The notes under the pieces: model-generated
What the model was told of the DNA's origin: nothing
The model's database searches: none
What the model saw: only the letters and a program-made list of their open reading frames with translations
DNA from: Raillietiella orientalis
Taxonomy: Eukaryota
Direction: 5' to 3'
Assembly (NCBI GenBank): GCA_036172245.1
Contig: JAYWIR010000001.1
Span: 6,510,001-6,574,000 of the forward strand
Length of the DNA: 64,000 nt
In this document: one piece after another, positions 24,431-36,056 of the stretch
How positions within the stretch are numbered: the stretch's first letter is position 1
Layout: each line of letters begins with the position of its first letter
Position numbers and translations under genes: made by a program

Positions 24431-27208
24431 TCACTGACACTGCTCCTCGAGCTGATGCTGAAGATCCTTCAGGGACTGAATTGCTGCGACCGGAAGCTGG
24501 TCTTTTTCTCTCTGAAGGCACACTTGAAGGAGGGCCAACGAAAAAAATCATGACGAACCTCGGCAACCGCGAGCATGGAGCGAAACGCAAATCTCAAGAA
24601 TATCAAATGAGGCTTCAAGCTGCTACACAGCTGGTCACTTTTCAATTGAAACAGCACTTCTGAAAGCAAAAAACGTTTTACGTAACCGTGCGAGGAACTG
24701 TGCTGACCTTCAGTAAGCTCTTTGATAATCTGCAATGCTAACTGGCAATTCGATTCTTGCTTGTACCAGTTGGGCACCCTGGTGCAACAGGCTTGGGCGC
24801 GCTGGAGATACTGAACAGCTTTCAAGCGCTCCTGAAGATTTTCTGCGTGATGCCTAATCGTCAACTGGGCATACAGTTGCCATAACTCCGCACGATTGGT
24901 CACGGCACTGGTTAGTCGACCAAACAAGTGCATCACTTTTGTGAGATCAGGTCCCTCAACATGATTCATGGCCATATGTGTCAACATTTGTAACAGCTGC
25001 ATATCTACGTAACCAGGTTTCAAGTCCAGTAGTCGGTGGTATGCAGTAATGGCATCGAGTAAAATACCACAGTCCAAGCTGACTACCAGGAAATTCTCCC
25101 AAACTTGCCATACTTCATAGTTGCATCGCAAAGCCTCACGTAGAGCTGCATGGGCACGTTGCTTTTGTCCAAGACCCAAATACGCTTTGCACAAGTTATT
25201 CCAGGCTTCAAAACTCTGGAAAAGCAGCTTTTCTCGATTCTGATCGCTGAAACCTTACATCTGGCTGTAAAACAGTATACTGATGATAAGCACGGGATGC
25301 TAATTGGTGATCCTGCAACTGGATGGCTGCAAATCCCAATCGAAACCACACAGGCGCCTGTAGGTAACTAATATGTAGACAGGCTTCATAGCAGGGCACA
25401 CAATCTGCATAGTGCTGAGCTCCAAAATGCATATCCCCTAAAGAACGTTGTGCTCGAGCACAAGTGTGTTCTGATAGTTCCCAGGCTTTTTCATAGCAAG
25501 CAGCACTGCCAGTGGCATCCCCCATTAAACACCAATGCAAGGGAGATTCTTCTTTCTCTAAAAGCATCTGAGCAACTTCTTTGGCTTTGTCACGCTGCTG
25601 TGTGACCAAATGGCACTTTATCACTTCTTCCCATAACTGCAAGCGTCGAAACAATTCACATGCACTTTTGACTGCACCCACTTTCTGCATCATGTACCCT
25701 AATTTGGCCTGGTTATAACGAACCATTAAAAGCCAAACTCAAACAAGGTCGAAACTATTCTTTTCTACCTCAATCTTCCACCATGGTGGTATATTGCAGC
25801 AAAAAAAAAGTTGCAACACATCATCAAACTGCAATGAACCCAAGCACTGCAACAGTTCCTAAGACAGCATTTGATCAATAAAGAAAAGCAAAGGGAAAAT
25901 AATGCTCACTTCTAGCTGCTGTATGGCTCGATCCACCATGCGACTTGATCTGGATTCTAATAGAGATCGCTGTAACAAAGCTGCAAACTGTAAACTCCAA
26001 CATTGTGACCGATTAATGATAAGCTATAATTTCAATTTATTTGCTTGACGATGATTATTTCTTATCCTACTTCCAGGTAAGGCAGCAACTGCTCCTGATG
26101 CAACTCATCATTGGGACCACATTGCCTCATGTACTGACTAAAATAGCAAATTTATATTAATTCAAATTCGAATTTCATTTATAATCGTACTGACAATTTA
26201 TTAAAGATAAAGGCCATTTCCAAATCATTAAGGTCTGGTAGTTGTGCTTCCTCTAAAAAATACACCTTGTTCAGATGAAGATTGTTGTTCAAGGCAATGT
26301 TCTGCTCAATCATGAAAGTCATTTCTGTACATGCACTGTAAAACGAACCTTAGGCAAAATTGAAGAGGAACTATTTGCTTGTGAAGGAAAAGCATTTTCC
26401 TCTTTCCGTTCAACCACTAACCTCAATTGCGAGACCATCTTCTCCTGATACTGAGTTCTTTTACCTAGAGCACCTGATGGCAAAGCATTTAAAATTACTA
26501 ATCATACTATGAGTCACCTTCAAGATAGACCTTAATCCCTAAATGTTGCTCTGCAAGACTTAGAAAATGCTTGGAATGCCCTAGGTCATGATGAAAAAGA
26601 CAAATAGATGCAGCTTCTAACGATTTTTCAATTATTGCAGCCGATCTGGGAACCGAAGAACCCAAAGATTCTCCAAAGATAGACAGTAAACTTTCAAAAA
26701 GAAACAGGCTGGGTTCTATAAGAATCTGCTGCAATACACAAGTACAGTGAATAAGCAATCTTTGAGCTTCCTCAGCATCATTTCCAAATGACTTTGGATT
26801 TGAAAATAAAATCCATGGTAACAGAATGTATTCCAGCTTTGTCACTATTTTAGAAAAACCAGTATTATTCAGCACTGTGTCATGAAAATCCCCAGGTTCA
26901 TGCAAACTGGACAAGCCACTTTCCACACCTCTCCAGTTAGACATTAAAAACACAGATAAACAGTACTGACCAATGTGTATCCATTGGGATGAACTAAAAA
27001 CTGAAAGATTAATGCGTCACTACAACAGTACCTACTTCAATGAGTTGCTAAGTAATTTCTCTCTTATGACGTTTTGAATTTCAATCCAATCACACTTTTT
27101 TTGCGACTGAATATTTTTCATACACTCAAAACATTCGTTCAGTAGCTGTCCACAAGCCACTGGACAATGAATATCGTCATCAAAACCGTTCTTTTTTGAT
27201 GATTCCAT
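24431..27208 (-). CDS. TTC27: Tetratricopeptide repeat protein 27, complete 11-exon gene, 763 aa
   Basis: Exons (minus strand): 27208-27036, 26993-26518, 26473-26349, 26301-26195, 26137-26071, 26023-25910, 25858-25769, 25708-25259, 25215-24708, 24659-24559, 24511-24431. All introns GT-AG with consistent phases; total 2292 nt. Recognisable motifs: FLMSNWRG, GALGKRTQYQ, VDRAIQQLE, FFCCNIPPWW, YEKAWELS..ARAQRSLG, FEAWNNL, ALRCNYEVWQVWENF. The start codon and last exon are the least certain parts. Confidence 0.93.
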
Positions 27209-27413
27209 GTGAAGTAAATACGTTTCAGATCGTGCGTTTAGTTAATGACACAAGTATGGAGAACTAAAAATGTACATCTTCGCTAGATGCACACTTGGAG
27301 ATAACAGGAAAGCAATTTTCACCAGTTAGAATGTAGAGTGTCACATCATATTGCTCTTCAGAAACTGTTTTATCGACAAACCACACTTCAGAATGACTTC
27401 AAAACACTGTCAC

Positions 27414-27650
27414 TAGGGTTGCCAACCTCGGCAATCCATAAATGGCATAAATTAAGATCATAAATTTCCAGCGAAATTCCAATGATCGTAAAATTTGCTT
27501 TTCAAAAACTCTTTTTGACTGATATGTTTTAATGTATTTTAAGCTTTCACTTCCAAATTAAGGGCTTATACAAGTCCTGATATTGTCATTCGAATAGCAA
27601 TGACAGGGATGACAATTACGAACGAACGAAGATATTCGTTCGTAACACTG
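27414..27650 (+). mobile_element. Probable left end of a hAT-like/MITE DNA transposon
   Basis: Begins TAGGGTTGCCAAC (27414-27426), a TIR-like terminus, followed by repeated CATAAAT/CGTAAAAT subterminal motifs and an 11-bp inverted repeat (27616-27626 / 27635-27645). No matching right TIR found. Confidence 0.35.
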
Positions 27651-29096
27651 ATTCTGAAGTTATATAAATTTTAATATAATAAATGAAGAAAGATAAAGGT
27701 AAAATAAAGAAAAGAAACATGAACTGTAGGAGAAATTTTTGTCAAGAAAATCGTAGGATACGATGTGTAATAAAGGGAAAGCTTTCAGAAAATTTAAATA
27801 AAAAGGGGATGCTAAATAAAAATTAAATAGAAACGAACTTTCAGTATTTCAACGGAGGTACGCAAATATTTCAGATCCTTTCTGTTCACATGATTATGCA
27901 TCAAAAATTCTGAAAAATATAAAAATTAATGAAAATGAAGTAAAAGAATGAAGATACCTAGAAGCTGCATTATTTTGAATCTAGTTGTCTTTCTTTCAAG
28001 ACGCATTTTTTCTCAAAATATTTTAGTTCATCATCACTGTCAATCGTTTACAGTTTTCTAAAAATGATTGAGGATAAATCCTCAATCACCGTTGTTTCAC
28101 ATGTTCATACGTTCTGTAATTGTCATTTTGGAAACATGTACTTAATTCCACCCTTACTTGATATAATTTGAGCCCCTATACGTTGGTGGCTGGTATTCTG
28201 CCCGAAAAATTTGTGACATTCACGCCTCTAATTTCATGAAAATAACTCCATCAGTACTTATGACTCATTTGCATGTCCAAAGAGTATGAAATCGCTTGAG
28301 CTTTTTTTCGTCATTTTAAGAAACTATCAACGTTTAAAGCAATGCCGAGTGAGAGTTTTTCATGCATGTCTCCATCATGCACGTCCGGTTGAGCGTTTGG
28401 TTTTCTGTTTTGTTTTTTTCTTAGGAAAGGACCCATTGAAAATCGTTTCATGAAACAGAACTCTTCGCTTTCGTTCCTATTCGTCTCAGTTGCTTCAAAC
28501 TGTTTCCCATCCTAGAAGCTACAGGACCAGAAGCCGGAAAGAAGAAATCAGGACCTTAAAAGGGGGCACTTCAGTCTTGATGTACCTTTGCTTTTGAATT
28601 TTCTTTTGCATGATTGTAAGCAAGCAACCAGAAAAAAACAAAAAAACGTGCAGCTTCGTCTTCTGCGTGGTCGGTAATGCAGTGACGGAACTGATGTGAT
28701 TTGTTTTTTTTTTAAAAAAAAAAACTCCCATGCTTTCCATCCATTCGGAAAGGCGAAGAAGGATGTGCTCCTGGAAAGCTTGCTGCGAAGCCACACGGAA
28801 GGAGAGTCGTCGTAGGTTGCCCTGTCTAATAGTCCCGATGTCACGAGAAAGCTACAGATCTCGAGGCTGACGTGCTTGCGACCTACTGTTCATGGATATG
28901 ACCGCAGGTTGTCTGTAGCCTCCTGCTAGCGGTGGATCCTCAGTCGAAAGAAGCAGGCAGGGAGGCTGCAAAGTGATGTTTCTCTCCGGTTCACCTCGAG
29001 CGCGTAGCTCCGCAAGGAAGGGGATTCGCGAGACGGTAACGTTCCTCCGCTTCCCTCCCTCCCCCAGCGAACAACCCCCAAAACATCTTGAGGAAC

Positions 29097-29176
29097 GCGT
29101 TGGTTGCCGTGCGCCTGAGGCACGATCCGCGCGCGGTACCTGACGGCGCGGGTTCGAATCCCATCCAGGGTAGGAT
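29097..29176 (+). mobile_element. tRNA-derived SINE head (Pol III A/B boxes), tRNA-Leu/Ser-like
   Basis: Perfect B box GGTTCGAATCC at 29151-29161 and a degenerate A-box region TGGTTGCCGTGCGCCTGAGGC resembling TGGCCGAGCGGTCTAAGGC. No intact cloverleaf, so not a tRNA gene. Confidence 0.6.
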
Positions 29177-29323
29177 CGCCGAGAAATGAGGGAGGAGGGG
29201 GAGGGGCGTCGTGGGTTTTGAGTCCTTTCCGGAGGACGACGCTAGTTGACCTGAAGTCTTCGGTTGCGGCACTTAGCATGGAAGCCCGAAACCCCCTGAC
29301 GCCGCTGTTGCTTGGCAGGGATT

Positions 29324-29673
29324 GGGAGTTGACCCTCCAGGATCCTTCCAGGAGTCAAGGAGTCCTCCGTGGTTCCTCCTCCAGTGGTGAGAATGGGGCC
29401 GCCCTCTCTTGAAGAAACCCCAATCTCGTACCATGGAGAAGCAACCGACCCCTTCGGGGGGTGGGTTGCCTCTCCACAGTGTCAACAGACGCGCTGCTGC
29501 TCTCATCTGAGAGTGCCCTTCGGAGAAAACAGGATGCGTCCCTTCGGGGTTCTCTTTGGAGGGGAAACCAGGAGCGAATCTCTTCCGAAGGGTTCCTTCG
29601 GAGAGAACAAGGAAGGAGGCTCCCTTCGGGGTTCTCCTCCCAGGAGTGAAAGGAACGGACTCCTTTCTCCAGA
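29324..29673. repeat. Tandem array B of ~40-nt double-hairpin units, homologous to array A
   Basis: Repeated TCCCTTCGGGG and CCTTCGGAGA hairpins, a long hairpin at 29434-29476, and the same closing AGGAACGGACTC (29650-29661) as array A (21822-21833). Confidence 0.85.
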
Positions 29674-30219
29674 GCGGCAATACTTAATCTACGGCCCACA
29701 AAGCTTCCATGTGTGACCGATCATATCATTGTATTAAGATTGGCATGTAGTAATTATAAATCCGATTTATCTAAAATAGTCAACAAGCCTCAACATCAAA
29801 TATTATTACACTAATTTTTAAATGGACGCTCAGTTTTATTTAGATTTTGAGTTTTACTTTCTTAACATGATTATATTATTATACATAATGTGCTGTGTAC
29901 GGCCTGCGTAATGTTGCAAGCTTACGTATGTGGGCCGAGAAGAAGGAAGGTCGAGTATCACTGCTTCAAGACCTTCCTGGACTCATAAGGTCGCCCGTCC
30001 GGGATTGCTCCCAACAGCCTCAAGAGACACAAGCCTCCGCGGATGGCGTGGACAGTGCTAAAGAGCTCCTTGAGCCTCCTTTAAGGAGGCGAAAGATTCT
30101 TCAGTACTCATCAAAAACCAAAGAAAGGAAAACTCGAAAAAAAAAAAAGAAAGAAGAGAAGAGAAAGCTGGGAGGGAAGCAGCGAAAGCAGAGGCGCACA
30201 GGATCCCCATCATCCTAGG

Positions 30220-31272
30220 TTGCTCGGCATCCCTCCGGAGGAGGCGAAGTGGCCCCCAGAGTGCTGGAACAGCGGCACCCTCCCCCCCTCAGGTGACGAG
30301 GGTTGGCATTGCTGGTGGTGCATGGGGAATCCCCTGCTAAGCGCGCCTTCGCCACTGGACACGGGGGAGCGTGGACGCTCAATGCGGCAGGTGAGGGAAG
30401 AAGGAGACCCTCCTGCACCTGCTGTTGTACTGTGCTGCCCTCCGACCCATTTGGGATCGCCTCGCAGCGACCCTAGAAATCCCTGAGTGGTGCTGCCGCA
30501 CTGCCGCCAGCCGCGCCACTCGCTGTTCTCTACTGTATTTGCGTAATCGTGGCAGTCTGGAACTCGTCCAGTAATCCCCCCACGGTCCCCCTTACCCTCC
30601 CCGTGTATAATTTCCCTTCCCCCACGCTGCCGAAGAGAACCCCTCCGGTCTGCATGCCGCTCTTCGGCAGGTTCATCGCACGTGGCACAACCAAGAGTTC
30701 TGCCACACCAATGTATTTTTGTTACTTTACGTAATCAATGCCCAGCATGACCGGGTGATCATCCTCCTCTTTGTTCGGAGGAACCTCTTCGCGGAGTGGC
30801 CGGTCGCCAGGTGCCGCCGTCGCTGCGCCGTGCTGTCTGCGCGGTACCTTCTCCTCCAGGAACGGTGTCGACAGAGGACGGCGCCACAGGGGAGCCACCA
30901 CCCTCTTCGCCGTCCCCTTCCTTCCTTCTGATCGTGGAGAGGTGGAACTGCCACTTTATCAAGGGGAGATCGCCAGCATCCTGAAAAGGGTGCAGAGGAC
31001 CCCACATCGCGGGATATGATCCCTTCCCTTCAGCTCACTCCCATGCCCACCTCCATGTTAACAAACTTTTGTTTTGTATGTTGCCATTGTCATTCGAGTA
31101 TTTTTTTTTCTCATTCCTTCATTCATCCGTGATGTTGTAAACCTTGTCGGAGCCCTCCAGCATATGGTCGGACTTCGTGGCACGCGAAGTCCCACCCACT
31201 CTTGTCTGTTTTATTTGAGTTTATTTTTTTTTCAAAAAATAAACGCTCCCCGGAGCGCCACCGGGTAAAAAA
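30220..31272 (+). mobile_element. L1/Tx1-like 3' end(s) with zf-RVT, 3' UTR, AATAAA, stem-loop and short A tail
   Basis: DAQCGR*GKKETLLHLLLYCAALRPIWDRLAATLEIP zinc finger at about 30375-30485. Nucleotide similarity to 49.8-50.3 kb. AATAAA 31238-31243, hairpin 31249-31265, A6. Confidence 0.75.
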
Positions 31273-31399
31273 CACTGCTGATCTGATTATTAAGGAGTGA
31301 TTCCTTTTCTTAATAAAGACTATTAAAGTTCTAAATCAAGGTGCAGAATGGAAAAGGGTGGGCATGAACCACACACAGTACGTTAAATTTGGATATGTG

Positions 31400-32680
31400 A
31401 ATGCACTTTTGCATCGAAATGCTATTTAATTGTACATCTGTTCGAGCGCAGGTTGAATAATGAAGTATAAATTGAGTACAAGACGTCCGCGTTTCTGGCG
31501 CAAGATTAGATGAGTCATAAAACAGTAGACATACCGGGAAGTGTATCTAGGCAACGGGGAGAGGTTTGTTGAAGCGCAGGATTGCCATTGCATCGATAAT
31601 TATGGCTTGTTCTGTTGCATCGTGAGAGTGTAATTAACAGTGGTGAATTGACTGAATGGTGATAGGAGATGGTGCTGCAAAAAGAGGTGGTGGATACAAC
31701 GGAAGTGCAAGACGTCGTTATCTTTTGCGTCGGAGTAAACCAAATTGGAGTTAAAATTTATTGGTCGGATGTTACGGGGTTAAATAAAACTGATGCTGTA
31801 TGTAGCACAATAAAGTTCAGGTTTTTTCGATGGTGATGTGCTGACAAGTGAATGTTTCCAGTTGTTAGTACATGAAAGAACGAGGATAATAAGATTGCCT
31901 CTCCTTGTGAAAGTGAGGGGAAAGGTGAAAGGAAGTCATGAGCTTAGAGGTGGCTACTGCGGAGTTTTCATACCGAGTAAGGGTGGACTTGCAAATATTG
32001 TGTATATTGAATGCAATCGTTAATAATGAATTCCCTGAAATTGTGTTTGAATTACGAGAAGTTAGGGAAGCGAGCAAGTTGTGAGGTGAGGACGTGGTAG
32101 GGAATTTGCCACAAGTTTACTTGGGACGTTCATTAAGACCTTTGACTATGAGTGGCATAGGGCATGGTTTGCTCGGCATATTGATAAGCGGCTGGATTAA
32201 TGATCGGCTATCTCATTGGTAGCATGGATGAAAGATTGTATCAGATAAGACTGTCTTATTTTGTGGTTTTGAATTTCATCTTGTTAAGCGAAATTTAGGG
32301 TGAGTTCTGGGGGAGAAAAGATCCTTTGGAACCGTGTGTTCTGAAGGTTAGAGATGAAATTCGGAAAAGATGTCGTTCGCATAATCAAGGATGGATCTTG
32401 ATAGTTAAGAGATTAATTAGGAAGTAATGGTGATCATGAGATAAAGAAAGCAGTTCCTCGAGGGACAACAGCGTAATAATCGCCAAGAGCTCTACTTGAT
32501 GTGGAAGCTTGCGACCCACATGTTGAATTAGGTATCCAGAAGGTGTAGAGGATTCATGCCATTCGAGGGGGAGGATGTATGGGGTCAAGATGAGTAGATG
32601 TGTGAGGGATGGCAGTAAAGTAATGTAGGTGCAGTACGGTCTGCAGCTCTGGTGATTTCTTGTGAGAGGTGTATGATTAT
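31400..32680 (-). mobile_element. Old Jockey/CR1-like RT relic
   Basis: AVVPRGTAF (GVPQGS-like) and DYANDI (YADD-like, about 32370-32387). Strong strand compositional skew. Confidence 0.5.
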
Positions 32681-32999
32681 TGTATTGGTGAGGGTGGCGA
32701 TGCATGTGGATGGCCCACGTTTAGCTGGCGGATGTTGCATGAAGGACCCCACCGCAGCAGCATCAGCAGCGCCGACTCGTTCCGTTTGAGGGTAAACATG
32801 GCTCTGTTCACAAACACAGCCACAACTCTAAGGAGCAATCCCCAGAAACTGGGCCCAGCGGATCGGTTCATTCTGTGGCTCACTTTTGGTGGCAACGCAC
32901 CGGCGAGCCGGTCCGTTGTCTATCCGCCAAGCGATTTCCTGCCACCAGCGATTTCGCCCCTGATACCCCACCACGCCGGCAGGCAACCGGCCAGTTCCC

Positions 33000-35800
33000 T
33001 CGCTTTGGGAGGGAACAAAGCGCGGCTCGTAGTGAGAATGGTGAGCATTATTGTAGGGTGAGATGGGATGGGGATTGTTCCCTATTGGCTGGATATTTTT
33101 CACTAGTTGCAGCTCTGATTCTTGTGGCGTAATTGCGTTCTTCAGCAATCGTTCGTGGCGGTGTTGGTGATTTTGTCGAAGAGCGTTGGGCGAATGGCGC
33201 TGGAAGGTTCTCGAAATTACACGGTGCTCAAAATCTCATAGTTCCAGGATGGATGGCGAGTTTTTTTTAAGAGCGGGGTTAATGAGCACAGCTAAGAGGG
33301 CGCGCTTGCCATATGGTGCTTCATTGCCAGAGGCTATAGCAGCACCTACTCGGCTGTCAGCTTCGATTAGTTCATCTAGGAGTGCGCCTGACGATTCGAT
33401 TTGAGGAGGATGATGGCAGTGCTACGATATACGTAACCGTAATGGTGGTGGAATATTCAAGGGTCATAAAAAGAGCTGATTGAATATTAAACGTTCGGAC
33501 AGTGAGGCATAATCTTTATAAGGTCAGGCCTGGGTATAGGGGTGCTGGTTTACCACGAGTTCTTGGTTCACGCATTGTCCAGGTCGCTGATGTTCTTTGT
33601 GTGAGAGATTAATAATTCATGGATACGGTGGTAGGCGAGAATTGGGAGGTATGGGACGAATAGGGGCAGCATTCATGGTTGTGAGCGTAATTTACATTCT
33701 TAGTGTGATGGGGGCTGGTGGGGCTTCCTTTTTCAAGGGTGCATTATAGAGAAGCTATTTGGTAGAGTGAGTGTGATGTCCAGAGTGGGGTGGCACTGTT
33801 GACGTGTGGGTGATATTCGGAAGGGTGCTTGTGGATCTCGAAATTGGGGATGGTTCGTTATGGGTGCTGAGGGAGAGTAGAGATGGATGGGAGATGGGAG
33901 ATACGGAGATGGGAGATGTGCGTTGTGCTTTCTTAATAATTTTGCATTTTTCAGTAATGATGGGAGAGATAGATCGATTGTAGAAGTGCAATGGAAGGTT
34001 GTGAAAAGTGTTGCTGTCTATTGCAGGGAAAATGCAAGGGTGGGTGGCTTCTTGGGGATTGATTAGGATGATGAGGACAATGGCGAAAGGTGGAAACGTG
34101 ATCATAATAATTCTAGGAATGAATTAAAAGAGAGATTTGATGGTGTGGAATTGGATAATCTGGATTAGTGGGATCAGGGAAATCAATTAATGGGGATGAA
34201 TAAAGCGAGGGGAGTATGGTATGTTGGTTGGGGTGGTTAAGAATTTTGGCGATTGAATTATTATCTATAATGTGTCAGAAAACAAATATTTCGTGGTGTA
34301 TTTTATGATTTGCTATTTAGGTTGCGTTTATTTTGTCTCAATAAAGATTAATTAAGGGATCGAACCTGTTGAAATTTTAATTGCAGCTTGATGAAAGTTT
34401 GAATTGGTGGGAGACAGGATTCAGTGTCCGATGTAAGAAGAACTGTTTCGTAGTAGGAGTGAGGACTAGTCTTAGAATGGAGAAGCAGTGAAATTTTATG
34501 TTTGTGTTGGAGACCATTCCCAGGAAGTTGATTAGGGATCGGATGGCTGGTGATTGAATTCAGTTAAGGAAGCTGTGGGAAGGAGGCACGAGTGAAGGGT
34601 AAGATCGAAACTAACTATGCAATCAATTCACGTCTTGGAACGTTCGTGAAATCGATCCAGGATGCAATTCACATTTCACTCCTGCAATTAAGAGAGGAAC
34701 TAATGACAGTGATGAAATGGATGTGGGGAGTGGGTGTGAAAATGGGGAGGGAGGTAGAGCGAGAATGATAGCTGCCTCGAGGTCGCAGATCAGTAAAACA
34801 GGAGCGACTGGGATACGAATTGAATGCGGGATGGGAAACGTGCAACTGGTTCTGGGATCGAATCCCAGTCAGAAGGGTAGTAAAATGGCAAAGCAGGTTT
34901 GAAGAATGTGATAAGTGAATAAAAAATGCGAATAAGCAAGAGAGGGAGTCAGAGACATTTTCTTTCTTTGAAGGCGAGATGCAATGATGAAACCACTAGC
35001 GGAGGGTCACAATTCATGGAAGCTATGCTTTGAGTGAATCACTAACTGATGGCCACGAGCGTTGCGTAATTGAAATTGAAATCCTGTTATGTTATGTTGG
35101 TGGCACAAACATCATTTTAACTATAATTTTCATTGGTGCCCAGCTTATAAATGGAACGAAGCATTGAGAATGCCCAGGGGAATGGTGGGCAATTTAATAG
35201 CATTAATATAAATAATAAAAAATTGAAATCTGAGTCGAGGGAATATATACCATTAACAGCGGGATGAATAAACTTTACTCACGTATTCCCAAAGTTTTTT
35301 CTCTGAAAGGGCTAATGTGTTATGCAACACGAAGAGAACTACTCGTTATTTCTTAACGCTTGCAGGTTATTTGTACTGCATATACTAAAAGAGTATGGTA
35401 ATGGATGTAAGAATAGGAGAAATCGTCGTAGGAGCTCCACAAAATTTCAATATATTGTAGGGGAAGTTCAAACCTGAGATGATGAGTATGAATAGAGAGA
35501 GAGCGCAAGAATTTGCAGTGAAAAAGGGGTAATGCAAGAGAGACCGGCAATTAAGTAAAGACCGAGAAATCCTGTAGTGATGGTAAATGTGGAACCAGTG
35601 ATCAAATCTGTAATGGAGAATCCAAGTATGAAATATTTGGATTCTCCATTTCTACAGTGATGAGTAATGATGAATGAGAGACTGATGGTAATGGTGATAA
35701 ATGATGAGGTTAGTGCGAAAGAGAAATTGTTTTTTTGTAATATGTGATTGAAATGCCTCATCTTAAAAGTAGGATGGCGATGAAAGGCAGTAATTCTATA
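33000..35800 (-). mobile_element. Old non-LTR relic (endonuclease and RT remnants)
   Basis: LYLIAGLS (GDFN-region-like), CIFPAIDSNTFHNL (LDxxKAFD-like), VPPHSG..LLYN (GVPQGS..LLYN-like). C/A-rich minus strand, many stops. Confidence 0.4.
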
Positions 35801-36056
35801 ATGGATGGTACAGAGGGAGGTCAGGAAAAGCTGATTATTAGTCTAGCATGGAAGAACTATCTAAAGAAACAGACAAAATAAGGATACCTGAAAAAATAAA
35901 CATGATTGTGGCAAATGTGAATGTGTTTATTCTTCGTTTTGCAAAGATACTTATGCATCCTTATGCATTCTTGTTCATAGATGGTGTGGAGACCCAACAC
36001 AGTTGAGAATGTGATCACAAAGCAATAAACCTCCAGCTTTCTCCTGCAATTATATT

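Noticed and set aside
29097..29176. Functional tRNA gene
   Set aside because: B box and T-arm present, but no proper acceptor stem, D arm or anticodon arm, and no adjacent terminator.
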